From positions 1-54,232 of the forward strand of contig CAVUXE010000049.1 of assembly GCA_963745235.1 (NCBI GenBank): a stretch of 54,232 nt of DNA. Reading direction: 5' to 3'. How positions within the stretch are numbered: position 1 is the first letter of the stretch; every line of letters begins with the position of its first letter. Source of the stretch: an uncultured Spirochaetota bacterium. GTDB lineage: Bacteria > Spirochaetota > Spirochaetia > SZUA-6 > Fen-1364. The notes beneath the pieces were generated by a model. It did no database searches. It worked only from the letters and a program-made list of their open reading frames with translations, and was not told where the DNA came from. Position numbers and translations under genes: made by a program. Shown piece after piece: positions 1-11,679 of the stretch.

Positions 1-1109
1 CCGTTATTCAGCGCTATCCCGTAGGCTCCGCTCCCCGCATTCACCGTCATCGCGCTGCTGTACAGCGCTCCCCCGAAGGTCACCACCCCGGTGGAGCTGA
101 TCGTCGCTGCAAACGTCACCCCACTCAGCGGCGTCCCCACAGAACCCACATTCCCGCTGAAGCTCAGCCCCCCCGTGCCCACATTCGTGATCGTCAGCGT
201 GCTCGCACTCGTCGGTATGTAGCTGGCTATCGTGGAGGCGCTCCCCGCCGTCGTGTTGATCGTCAGATTGCCCACCGCAGGGGCCGTCACCGCTGCCACC
301 ACCACCGCCGCCGCACTCCCTGCGCCCACCGTCAGCGTCACCCCTGAGGCGATACTGGTCGGCCCCAGGCTGATCTGCCCCGTGGAGCTGCCCCCGATGG
401 TCGCCGTCCCCGTGACACTCACCCCCGCCGCGGCGAAGTTCAACACCCCCGTGCCCGCCGCCGTCACCGTCCCCGCTACACTCACCCCAGAGGGCGCTGT
501 GGCCGTCACCCCTCCCGTGAACCCAAACCCACTCCCTATCCCCAGCGTCCCCGTGTTGGCAAACACAACCGCGTTCGTTACTGTCCCACCGTTATTCAGC
601 CCTATCCCGTAGGCTCCGCTCCCCGCATTCACCGTCATCGCGCTGCTGTACAGCGCTCCCCCGAAGGTCACCACCCCGGTGGAGCTGATCGTCGCTGCAA
701 ACGTCACCCCACTCAGCGGCGTCCCCACAGAACCCACATTCCCGCTGAAGCTCAGCCCCCCCGTGCCCACATTCGTGATCGTCAGCGTGCTCGCACTCGT
801 CGGTATGTAGCTGGCTATCGTGGAGGCGCTCCCCGCCGTCGTGTTGATCGTCAGATTGCCCACCGCAGGGGCCGTCACCGCTGCCACCACCACCGCCGCC
901 GCACTCCCTGCGCCCACCGTCAGCGTCACCCCTGAGGCGATACTGGTCGGCCCCAGGCTGATCTGCCCCGTGGAGCTGCCCCCGATGGTCGCCGTCCCCG
1001 TGACACTCACCCCCGCCGCGGCGAAGTTCAACACCCCCGTGCCCGCCGCCGTCACCGTCCCCGCTACACTCACCCCAGAGGGCGCTGTGGCCGTCACCCC
1101 TCCCGTGAA
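1..1109. repeat. Tandem 588-bp (196-codon) repeat: one full unit plus most of a second
   Basis: Position 1 'ccgttattcagcgctatcccgtagg' recurs at 589. Shadow ORFs at 232 and 820 are identical and 588 bp apart. Identity ends at about 1109. Confidence 0.95.
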
Positions 1110-4100
1110 CGCCGTCGTCCCTCCCGCAATCGTCAGCGTCCCGGTATTCCCGAAAGTCGTCGCACCGGCGATGCTGTTCGTCGCGCCACCGAGCCGAACG
1201 TTGTATGTGTGCGCTGTCCCCGCCGCGCTCATACCCGTCGTGACCGTCAAGTTCCCCTGCAAGTCGACTATCGTTCCCGATGAACTGTCCGAAATACTCA
1301 CCGTCCCCGCGCTTAAGGCGCTGGAGAAAACGGTCCCCCCAGACTGCGTCACCGTCACTCCGCTCAGTGTCGAACCAAGATTGTTCACCGTCACCGACGA
1401 GGGACCGCCATTATTGACTACCAGGCTTCCTGTAAGGTTTGAGCCGCTGAAGTCCGCTGTCTGAACACCTGTCCCGTTCAGCGTCACCGTCCCCGTGGAG
1501 GTGGCCAGACCTCCCGCCTGCGTGATGTTCCCCGCTACGCTCAGCCCGTTGCCCCCAGCCGCAAGGGTCCCGCTTGCCAGGCTCAGTGTGCTTACGCTCA
1601 GCGCACTCCCCAGGCTGACCGTGTTCCCCCCTCCCGCTTGCACCGTCAGGTTCCCGATGCTCGTTCCCAGCGATGAGCTGACGCTCTTCCCCGCACCGCT
1701 CATCACCCAGGTCGTGTTGCTCGCGTTCCCGAATACAGCCGTCGCCGCTACCACCAGGTTCCCCTGCACCCCCACCGAGCCACTGCTGCTGGCGTTCACC
1801 GTCCCGTTGATCGTCACTCCCGTAACCTGCGTCGTGGCCGCGCTCAACCCCCCAACGTCCAGGTTGAACGAGCTGCCGTTGTTGATCGTCACGTTATCCG
1901 TGCTGTTCGGCACATACCCGTTGGACCAGTTGCCCCCGTTGTTCCACGAGATGGACACCGCCCCCGTCCATGTCAGGGCTGAGGAGCCGAAGATCCAGTT
2001 CGTGTTATCCGCCGGCGTCACGTCCGCACTGTTCGTCGCCGTGATGGAGGCCACGTTGTAGCTGCTGTCGCTCACCGATGCGTAGTCGACGCTCTTCGCC
2101 CCACCCACCGAGAAATACCACGGGCTGCCACCCGTCTGACTCTGCAGGTTGATCAGGTTCCCGCTTCCCCCGGAGGCTCCCGTGATCGTGAAGCTGCCCC
2201 CGATCGCAGAAATGTTGCCCACCCCTGCCTGAAACTGGATGGTCTTGCCGGGAGTAATGCAGCTGAAGTTGTTGAAGCTCGTCGTCCCGTTTATCTGGCT
2301 GATCTGCGTGTTGTCGTTGAACACAACCGTTCCCGCACCGCTGCCGCTGTAGCCCGCAGCTCCCCGATTGTTAGTCCAGTTACGCCCCACCGTGATCGTG
2401 TTCGTCCCCCCAGCCAGGCTCCCCGTCACCGCGTTGATCGTCAGGTCGTGCACCACCCCAAGGTTCCCTCCCAGCGTCACCGGCTGGCTCACCACCACAT
2501 CGTAGAAGTTATAGGCTCCCGGGCTCACCGTCCCCCCGCCAAAGCTCACCTGAGAGTTGGCCGCCGTGAACCCGGTTATCGACCACCCACCTCCTGCGCT
2601 GATCGTCTCAGTTCCCGTTGCCGTAAGGGACCCCGTTCCCGTCACCGCCCCTCCCACCACCAGATTGCTGCCCCCAAGGCTCAGGCTCCCGCTCACACTC
2701 AGGGCCCCGCTCAGCGTCGTCGTTGCCCCGCCCAGTGTTGCCCCTGCGGCGTTGCTCACCGTCAGGTTGGCCAGCGTCGAGGTCGACAGATCCACATTCT
2801 GCGCCACGCTCCCGTTCAGCGTCACCGTCCCGCTGGAGGTGATCAGACCGCTGGTCCTCGATATGTTCCCCCCCACGTTCAGCGCCAGGGCCCCCATGGG
2901 CAACGTCCCCGCCGTCAGTGTCAGATTCCCGGGAACCGTGATCGTTCCCGCTGTGCTGATTGTCCCGCTTGTATTCAGCGTCAGGCTGCCGGTTCCCGCC
3001 CCTGTGATCGTATTCACAGAGACAGCATTATTGATCCCTGTCCCGAGTGTCAGCGTTGCCCCTGAGGTGATACTGGTCGGCCCCAGGCTGATCTGCCCCG
3101 TGGAGCTGCCCCCGATGGTCGCCGTCCCCGTGACACTCACCCCCGCCGCGGCGAAGTTCAACACCCCCGTGCCCGCCGCCGTCACCGTCCCCGCTACACT
3201 CACCCCAGAGGGCGCTGTGGCCGTCACCCCTCCCGTGAACCCAAACCCACTCCCTATCCCCAGCGTCCCCGTGTTGGCAAACACAACCGCGTTCGTTACT
3301 GTCCCACCGTTATTCAGCGCTATCCCGTAGGCTCCGCTCCCCGCATTCACCGTCATCGCGCTGCTGTACAGCGCTCCCCCGAAGGTCACCACCCCGGTGG
3401 AGCTGATCGTCGCTGCAAACGTCACCCCACTCAGCGGCGTCCCCACAGAACCCACATTCCCGCTGAAGCTCAGCCCCCCCGTGCCCACATTCGTGATCGT
3501 CAGCGTGCTCGCACTCGTCGGTATGTAGCTGGCTATCGTGGAGGCGCTCCCCGCCGTCGTGTTGATCGTCAGATTGCCCACCGCAGGGGCCGTCACCGCT
3601 GCCACCACCACCGCCGCCGCACTCCCTGCGCCCACCGTCAGCGTCACCCCTGAGGCGATACTGGTCGGCCCCAGGCTGATCTGCCCCGTGGAGCTGCCCC
3701 CGATGGTCGCCGTCCCCGTGACACTCACCCCCGCCGCGGCGAAGTTCAACACCCCCGTGCCCGCCGCCGTCACCGTCCCCGCTACACTCACCCCAGAGGG
3801 CGCTGTGGCCGTCACCCCTCCCGTGAACCCAAACCCACTCCCTATCCCCAGCGTCCCCGTGTTGGCAAACACAACCGCGTTCGTTACTGTCCCACCGTTA
3901 TTCAACGCGATACCGAAGGCATTCCCCAATACAGCCAGACTCGTCGCCGTCAGGGACGTTGTCGAAAAAGTGACCGACCCGGCCGTGTCGTTCAGATTCA
4001 CGGTTGCAATCAACGTTGCCGGAGGCGTCACTGTCACAGTCCCGCTTGCACTCACCGTCAACGTTGTAAGGCTCGAGCCGGTAAAGTCTGCTGTTTGAGT

Positions 4101-7100
4101 CCCCGTCCCGTTCAGCGTCACCGTCCCACTGGAGGTGATCAGACCCGTTCCCCGCGTGATGTTGCCCGCTACACTCAGCCCGTTTGAACCCATGGATAGG
4201 GTACCAAGCGTCAAGGCCAAGTTGCCTCCCATGGTGATGGGTTGCGCTGCACTGACTTGAGGTGGGGTAGCAAAGTTGTTGCTCACGGTAATGTTGAAGA
4301 AGCTCTGGGCGTTGGAGGTCACTGTCTGCGCTGCATTGCCGTCGAAGGCGATGGTGCCGCTGTTGGCAGTCAGGGTGGTCACATCAAAGTTGCCTGCAAC
4401 GAACAGGGTTCCCGCAGCGGCAGACAGGGCGTTGAGCACCGTTCCGGCGGTCCCCACGTACCCGCCCACGGTCACGCTGTTGGCACCAGCCACTACGTGC
4501 GCGTCCAAGGTCCCTGCCCCACTCACGTTCCCGCCAATTGACTGCGTCCCCGCAACATTTGCCAGCGCCAACGTGGAGCTCCCGAGAAATGAAAGGTTGC
4601 CTGTCACGCTAAGAGCTCCGGCACCCGTTGCAAGGGTATACGTCCCGCCACCTGTGAACCCAAGGTTCCCGGGGTATGTCATGCCAAGCAGAAGACTTGT
4701 ATAGCTGGCGGCGCCGTTGTACAGGACCGTCCCCAAAAAGGAGGTGGAACCCGCGGTGATCGCCTGCCCCGCTTGCCCGGCCAACTGGAGTGTTCCTCCT
4801 GCCTGGAGGGCCAGCGCGTTTGTCACTGCCAGGTTGAAGCCGACAAGGTTGAGGTTCCCGGTTGTGATAGTGAGCGAGGCGACTCCGACGTTTGATGTCA
4901 GCGACGGACTGTTCGTGGCGCTGGGGATGGTCACCGGGCCATCCTGCAGACCCGGCACGCGGCTACCTGTCCAGTTGCTTCCGAGGTTCCAGTTTGTGCC
5001 GTTTGTGCCAGCCCACGTGATGGTGCCTGAGCCTGCACCGAAGTTCCACCCTGTGTTAAAGCCCAAATTCGTATCGTTGTTGGCGGGGACAGCGCTGATG
5101 GGCGTATTGGTGCCAGTTGCGGTACTGTACTGAATTTCTGCCCAGGTGACCGCTGCGGTACTTGTCCCAAGAAGACTCAGGTTCCACACGGCGGTGCTCG
5201 AACTGAGCAGGCTGATCTGATTTCCCGACCCGCCCGTAATTGTGAAGACGCCCCCAGTGGCAATCGACTGTGTAGAACTGGCCGTGAAAATGAGCGTGGC
5301 CCCAGTGGTGGTGCAGGTGAAGTTGTAGAATGTCGTGTTCCCCGTGATCGTGGCAGAGGAACCCGTCGGGGCGAAGGTGACCGTGCTCGTCCCAGCCGTG
5401 AATGTCCCTGAGTTGCTCCAATTGCCGTTAACGGTGATCGCGCTGCTCCCCGCGGTCAAGGTGCCGCTTATCGTGGTGTTCCCGCCGATAGTCAGGCCGA
5501 AATTGGCAGTGCTCAGCGTTCCGTTAATCGTCATGGACCCGGTAATTGTAAGAGCGTCGTAAAGCGTCAGCGAACCTGTTCCGCTTATCTGGATGTTGCC
5601 GATGGTCGTCAGGGTGCCCGTGGACATTCTGTGGGTGCCTGTGAAAGTGAAGGTCGATGTGGTCAACGCAGTCAGTGTTGTGAGTTGGACGTTCCCTGTG
5701 AAAATGGCGCCACTGAGATCGACATCACCCCCGTTCGCAACCCCATTCTGCAGGGTTATGGTGAAGCTGCCCATGTTGAAGCTGGACCCAGCATACCCCG
5801 AGGAGATTCCGCCGAAGTTTGCGTCGGTACCTGTGATGGTAAAGCTGTCCAGGAGTGTCAAGCTCCCGGGAACAGCAACGGTGCCACTGCCAACGCGGAT
5901 GGAGTCAATGTTTTGGCCACCTGTTTTGAAAGTGGACGTTCCGGCGAAAACCCACACCGAGCTATTGGCAGTGTATGTGAGCCCGCTGAGATCGACATTG
6001 CCCGTGCAACGGAAAACCCCCTGGGTGCCCGCCTGAAAGTTCCCGGAGGTCCCTCCAATGCTGTTGACGGCCAGGGTCGTTGTATACCGGTGGTTGCCCC
6101 GGAGTAATTCAGCGTGCCGCCGGAGAAAGTAAGGCTCCGGCTCCTCCGCTTGCCTGAACGGAATGGTTTCCGGTGGTGAACGTCCCACTGGTACTGAGTG
6201 TGGTCGATCCGGCGACCTGGACGAGGTACACAGTCCCGCTTGTGGTATACCCCGTGAGACCGGAGGTGCTCAGCGCAGCGGCCGAAGCGCCGCCTCCAAT
6301 GGAAAGACTTCCACCCACGCTGAGGCGGAGCGAATCCGCCGTTGTCCCGCCGCCGTTGAAAGTTCCTCCGCTGAGCGTCCCTTGCGTGATGGCCAGGTTG
6401 TTGCTGACCGTCAGCGGATTTCCTACGGCAAATGTCAATGTCACGGTGGATGCGGGCGCATTGATAGTGAGGTTGTAGAAGGTCTCGAAGGCCTGAATGC
6501 TTCCGCTTGCCGTGAACGTGACTGTGCCGTTTTCAGGAATGAAGTTGCCCCCGCTGGTGTTCCAGTTCGCATTCACACCGGCGACGCCTGCAACGGTGAT
6601 CGGATAGTTGTTCCCCGCGCTGACGTCCAGTGACCCGCCTGTTATTGCAAAAGAACCCACGGTGATACCGACTGCCACTGAATTGTTCAACGTGATCGAC
6701 CCGCCGCTTATCGTCAGGCCGGTGATGGTGGAGGAAGAGCTGAGCGTCGCTCCCGCCCCGCTCATGTTCAAGGCGAGGTTTGTGGCAGTACCGGTGATCG
6801 ACACGGTGGCCCCGGCGTTGGGGTTGGTGTTTCCAGTGACGGGGAAATTGAAGTTGCCCCCGCTCAGCGTGGCCCCCGTCTGGACGGTGAGACTATTGAA
6901 GTTCGGCAGGGGAGTCGAGCCGGCGGTAATCGTGCAGACTGAACCGGTCTTGATGACGATATCCTGGCCAGCTACCGGAATCCCCAGGCTCCACGCGGCG
7001 CCTGTGCCCCAGGTGGTGCTGGCCGGACCGAAGAAGTTGGTCGCCGAGAAGGCGCTTGTCGATGCGATCAGGAAAGCTGCGCAGCAGAGGCTGGCCGCCC

Positions 7101-7110
7101 TTGTGGTCAC
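1..7110 (-). CDS. Giant secreted beta-strand-repeat surface protein/adhesin (>2300 aa in the window; 3' end beyond the left edge; two apparent 1-nt frameshifts near 6135 and 6088)
   Basis: ORF 6109..7215 gives a signal-peptide-like VTTRAASLCCAAFLIASTSAFSA (GTG at 7110, purine-rich RBS) followed by G/T/S/N-rich beta repeats. Manual translation continues ...TFSGGTLNYSGATT / YTTTLAVNSIGGTSGNFQAG... in shifted frames. No terminated long minus ORF is listed for 1..6080, consistent with an open frame to position 1. The Pro/Val/Thr-rich + strand ORFs here are antisense shadows. Confidence 0.85.
3061..3905. repeat. Second block of the same 588-bp repeat (partial plus full unit)
   Basis: 3307 aligns with position 1 and 3061 aligns with 343. 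Shadow ORF 3538 matches those at 232 and 820. Confidence 0.95.
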
Positions 7111-7239
7111 CTGGAACCCCTTCCGCTCATCCCTTCCCTGTAGAGTATATTTCCCTTTGAAGCAATCCTCAACGAGGCGACTGGAGCCTGGGGTTGCGCA
7201 TGAATGAAGAAACATTCAGCGCGTGGTACCATTGCCGGC

Positions 7240-8272
7240 ATGAAAAGAATCGTGCAACTGCTTTTGAAAATTGCCATGCCGCTCCTTGCTACTGTCACTC
7301 TGATTGCACTCGCGGGATGCAAGATGTCTCCCGGACCAGCCACTCTCGCAACCGGATCTACACGGCGGGCTTTTACAATAACGGCAACGGCACTTCAACC
7401 ACAGCCTGCTACTGGACGAATGGAGTCAGAACCGACCTCGGAGGCACCGGGATTTCTACAGCCAATCCCGCACGTTGCGACTTCAATCTTCGCCGCCAAC
7501 GGAAACATCTATGTCGGAGGCTACTACAACAACGGCTCGGGCTACGTGGGCTGCTACTGGCTGATCGACGCGAACGGCGTCACAAAGACGGATCTCCCCG
7601 GGACGGGCGCGAATGTCAACGCCATTTTCGTCTCTGGCGGAACGATCTACATGGCGGGGTACTACAACAACGGCTACAAACGTCGCCTGCTACTGGACCG
7701 CAGTTGGGAACTCCCCGTCAAGCCCGGTAGACTTACCCAGCGCGGGCATCTCGCTTGCCACCTCTGTCTACGTGTATGGCAGTACCATCTATGTCGCTGG
7801 ACAGGATAGCTTCACTACGGCCTGCTACTGGACCATAGCGGGGGCACCGCCACCCAGACGGCCCTGACCAGCTCTGGTGGCTGCTTTGCCAACTCCATCT
7901 TCGTGTCTGGGAGCATCATCTACATCGCTGGGACAAGACACCTCGAACGCCTGCCTCTGGACAATGGCGCTAAGGCGACGCTCCCCAGCACTGGGCGAAT
8001 CGCTAACTCCATCTATGTGTCTGGTGGCACGGTCTATACCGCTGGGCAGGACACCTCCAGTGGGGCTGCCTACTGGGTGGGGAGCACCGAAACTACCTTG
8101 CCCGGCACCAGCGGGATTGCAAACTCCATTTTCGTCTCTGGGGGGTCAATCTACACCGCGGGCTACTACAACAACGGCTCCGGCGAATGTGGCGTGCTAC
8201 TGGACAGGTACGACAAAAACCGATCTTCCCGGATCGGGCGGACAAGCCACCGCGGTGACTTTCCTGCAATAA
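7240..8272 (+). CDS. Lipoprotein with 'IFVSGGTIYxAG...ACYW' repeats (beta-propeller-like); several frameshifts
   Basis: MKRIVQLLLKIAMPLLATVTLIALAGC lipobox. Repeat segments are spread over ORFs 7194, 7204, 7613, 7903 and 7877 in different frames. Confidence 0.7.
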
Positions 8273-8382
8273 AGGGCCTGTTTCGGCGCGTTTTCCCAAC
8301 TGGATAAAAATCGGAACACGCGCTATATTTCTTCCCTAAGACCAGTCAGTGTTGCAAATGTTCGTAACGGGGAGGCCGTAGG

Positions 8383-10291
8383 ATGAGAAGAAGCATAGTA
8401 TCTCTGTTGTTCGTCGCTCCGCTTGTGCTCTTTCTGGCTGCGTGCCCGATGGCGAACATGAGCCACACGTCCCAGCCAGGCGCACCCTCCGCTGGAGGGA
8501 CCCAGGAAGCGACCCCCACCATCCAGACAGACACCTCCCGCAACCAGGGCGTCCTTGTCACGCCAAGCGGCGCAAAGCTTGACATCGCGAGCGTCGCAGA
8601 CGATGGCACAACGGTCAATTGCGTCGCCCCAGTCAGCATCGCGCCGATAAGCGACCCATCGAACGCAAAATCGCTTTCAACCAATTACACTTCTATCATA
8701 GTGGGAACCCGGGGAGACGGAAATCCCGGCGCCTGGGTGTATTCGTCGGGCAAGATTCAGGGGGTCATAGACGAGGACAGCGGACAGCTCACATCGCGGC
8801 TTCCCGACTCACCCGAGCAGAATGGCGCCTTCCGGGGGCAGTTCGGATGGGTCTACTACGTCCAGGGGGTCAGCGCGGACGGCAAGGTTATCGTCGGATA
8901 CGCCCTGAACAAGAAGGGAATCAATTTCGGCACAATCCAGGTAGATCCGGGAACGACAATCGGGGTCTACTGGCGAGTCACCAGGCACCCGGTCAGGCCA
9001 TTCTTCCTGGCCTCCCACGCGCATATCATCGGGACACTGGATCAGTCAAAAATCAATCAGACCAACAAGTGGCTGCGGCACCTGATCAGTGCGATTCTCC
9101 AGCATTCACTGGGACAACTCAATTTGCTCTTGATAAACTATCTCAACTCCTACCTCATCATGGTGGACAAGAACGGGGTCACGTTCGATGCCACGGACAA
9201 CCTGTATCTCGTGACTGGAACGGACCAGAATGACCAACCGGTCAACGGCTTCCATAAGTCAGCAGGGCAACATCACAATAACGGAAACCACCACGAATAC
9301 CGGCCCCACGGTCTACGCCGCCGGCTTCTACCCCAACGGCACTTCAACCACAGCCTGCTACTGGGCGAACGGAACCAGGTTCGACCTCGGAGGCACCGGG
9401 ATTTCTACGGCCAATCCTGCACATGCGACTTCGATCTTCGCCGCCAGCGGAAACATCTATGTCGGAGGCTACTACAACAACGGCACGGGCTACGTGGGCT
9501 GCTACTGGGTGATCGACGCGAGTGGCGTCGCAACAAAAACTGACCTTCCTGGGGCGAACGCGAATGTCAACGCCATTTTCGTTTCGGGCGGAACGGTCTA
9601 CACGGCGGGGTACTACTTCAACGGGACGCAAAACATTGCCTGCTACTGGACCGCCGCGGGGAACCCGGTAAGCTTGCCCAGCGCAGGCATCTCATTTGCC
9701 ACCTCTCTTTACGTGACTGGCAGCACCATCTATGTCGCTGGACAGGATAGCTTCAGTATCGCCTGCTACTGGACCATAGCAGGGACAACGGCCCCCGCCC
9801 AGACGCCCCTGACCGTCACTGGCGCTGGCGCTGCCATTGCCAACTCGATCTCCGGGTCCGGCACTTCCATCTCTATCGCGGGACAGGACACTTCCACCAG
9901 CGGGACCCCTACCGCTGTGTACTGGACAGGCAGCAACCTGGCGGAGATCAGTCTCAACCTGGCTAACGGCTCCGCCAACTCCATCTTCGTCTCGGGCGGG
10001 GCTATCTACATTGCGGGTCAATACAACGACCTCTCCGCGAATCCCGTTGGCTTCTATTGGAGCGGAGCGGAAACGGATCTGACGGGTCCCGGCGGAACGG
10101 CTGCCTCGACCATCTCGGGCGGGATAAATGCCCAGTCAGTCTACGTCTCTGGTACAACGGCCTATGTGGCTGGGTACTACGGTTCCCCGGCCACGGCCAG
10201 CTATTGGACGATAGCAGGGTCAACCATCAGCCAGGCGCTGAATCTCTCCGCCGCGAACAGCGGGCAGGCTGTCGCAATCGTCGTGCAATAG
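8383..10291 (+). CDS. Lipoprotein with an unknown N-terminal domain and C-terminal 'IYVAG...ACYW' propeller-like repeats; frameshift near 9245
   Basis: MRRSIVSLLFVAPLVLFLAAC lipobox and GGAGG RBS. ORF 8383..9543 joins ORF 9230..10291. Confidence 0.75.
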
Positions 10292-10315
10292 AAACGCGCC
10301 TCAGCGAGGAACGGC

Positions 10316-10346
10316 AGGAGGCTTCGCGCAGGGGAAGCCTCCTTTG
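10316..10346. terminator. Hairpin between convergent genes (putative terminator)
   Basis: aggaggcttc-N8-gaagcctcct followed by tt. Confidence 0.55.
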
Positions 10347-10396
10347 CGTTCAAGCCCGCAGGGTGCCCACCCGACCGCTCGAGCTTTCCATCTCGT

Positions 10397-11317
10397 TCAG
10401 CTCTTCAGCGCGACGACGCGGCTGAGCACACCATCGAATCCGGCCTTGTCGATATCCAGAATGAGCTTGACGCCGGTCCCGCGCTGGGTGATGCACGCTC
10501 CGCGCAAGGCGTTCTGTCCGAGCTCCATGCGAAGGCCGGTCTCAACAAGCCTTCCGGCGATCCCGGGATGAATGAGCCACGCAGCGGCAAGCGGATCAGG
10601 GAGCATGGTGACTCGCGCTCCACGCGATTTCTCGATGAACCCGAATACCGTCTGCTGGAGATCCAGGACCAGCTTCCCGGACGCAGACGTGGTCATGCCA
10701 AGCGCCTCCAGCTCAGCTTCCGTGTGCGCGGCTTTCAGCGTCGTGTCCCAGGTCAGAAGAGAGAGAGGTATGCCGGCATCCAGAACGCTCTGAACGGCCT
10801 CGGGGTCCGCGTGGAAGTTGAACTCCGCAAACCGCGTGACATTCCCTGTTTCGATGGCGCCGCCCATTGTCACGATTTCGGAGATCAGTCCTCTCAGCTC
10901 GGGGTAAAGGTTCAGCGCAATGGCGATGTTGGTAAGAGGGCCAAGGGTGAGAAGGGTGAGGCCGGGATTTTCCCTGGCCAGGCGCGCAATCCCTTCCGGC
11001 GCTCTCTCCAGCTGCTCCTTCATGTGAGGTAAGGGCAGCTGCACTCCGCCAAAGCCGTTTTTGCCGTGCACGTCCACCGCGAGGTGGGGCGGCTCCACCA
11101 GGGGCCGCGAAGCGCCGCGGAAAACCGGAATGCCGGTCCGGCCGAGAAAGCTCAGGAGCCGAAGCACGTTGTCGATCACGTTTGCAAGGGGCGCGTTCCC
11201 CGAGACGGTGGTGATGCCAAGGACGGAAACCTCGTCGGGACTGGCAAGAGCCATCATGATTGCAATGGCATCGTCCACACCGCAGTCGGTATCGATCAGG
11301 ACCTTCCTGCTGTTCAT
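10397..11317 (-). CDS. Inosine/uridine-preferring nucleoside hydrolase (Rih family)
   Basis: DTDCGVDD motif, HGKNGFG, LGPLTNIA, GNVTRFAEFNFHADPEA, PDPLA. Confidence 0.93.
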   Translation of the reverse strand: MNSRKVLIDTDCGVDDAIAIMMALASPDEVSVLGITTVSGNAPLANVIDNVLRLLSFLGRTGIPVFRGASRPLVEPPHLAVDVHGKNGFGGVQLPLPHMKEQLERAPEGIARLARENPGLTLLTLGPLTNIAIALNLYPELRGLISEIVTMGGAIETGNVTRFAEFNFHADPEAVQSVLDAGIPLSLLTWDTTLKAAHTEAELEALGMTTSASGKLVLDLQQTVFGFIEKSRGARVTMLPDPLAAAWLIHPGIAGRLVETGLRMELGQNALRGACITQRGTGVKLILDIDKAGFDGVLSRVVALKS

Positions 11318-11336
11318 GGCGGGAGTGTAGCGCCTC

Positions 11337-11365
11337 TTGACGACCGCCGCAATATCCGCTATTAT
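11337..11365 (+). promoter_or_regulatory. Sigma70-type promoter of hgcC-like/arsM
   Basis: TTGACG (11337-42), 17-bp spacer, TATTAT (11360-65). Confidence 0.7.
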
Positions 11366-11378
11366 TGCATTATCGGAT

Positions 11379-11398
11379 TTTTCAGAATATTCTGAAAA
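11379..11398. promoter_or_regulatory. Perfect 20-bp palindrome, candidate repressor operator
   Basis: TTTTCAGAAT|ATTCTGAAAA lies between the -10 box and the start codon. Confidence 0.65.
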
Positions 11399-11408
11399 GG
11401 ATACATGA

Positions 11409-11657
11409 ATGGCAAAGACAGCGAAAAGCGACGGCTGCTGCTCCGTGGAGGCCGTGGTGACCGTGGATTCCCGCGGTCAGATCGTCCTGCCCAAGGAGCT
11501 TCGCTCCGCGGCCGGAATCAGGGCCGGGGACAAGCTTGCGGTTGTGATCATGCAGAGCGGGGGAAGGGTATGCTGCCTCTCGCTCATGAAAGTCGAGCAG
11601 CTTGCGGGCACGGTCAGGGACATCCTGGGTCCCGTTGCGCGCGAGCTTGCCGGGTAG
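11409..11657 (+). CDS. hgcC: AbrB/MazE/SpoVT-fold protein with two Cys-Cys pairs; HgcAB-associated HgcC-like
   Basis: GCCSVEAVVTVDSRGQIVLPKELR...IRAGDKLAVV...VCCLSLMK; located next to arsM and hgcA. Confidence 0.75.
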   Translation: MAKTAKSDGCCSVEAVVTVDSRGQIVLPKELRSAAGIRAGDKLAVVIMQSGGRVCCLSLMKVEQLAGTVRDILGPVARELAG

Positions 11658-11679
11658 AAAAAGGAAGGGGGGTATCTTT

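Noticed and set aside
1-3905. Repeats as a CRISPR array or mobile element
   Set aside because: They are in-frame 588-bp coding repeats, with no short repeat-spacer pattern and no cas genes.
232-7207. Long Pro/Val/Thr-rich + strand ORFs
   Set aside because: Antisense shadows of the Gly/Thr-rich minus-strand giant gene.
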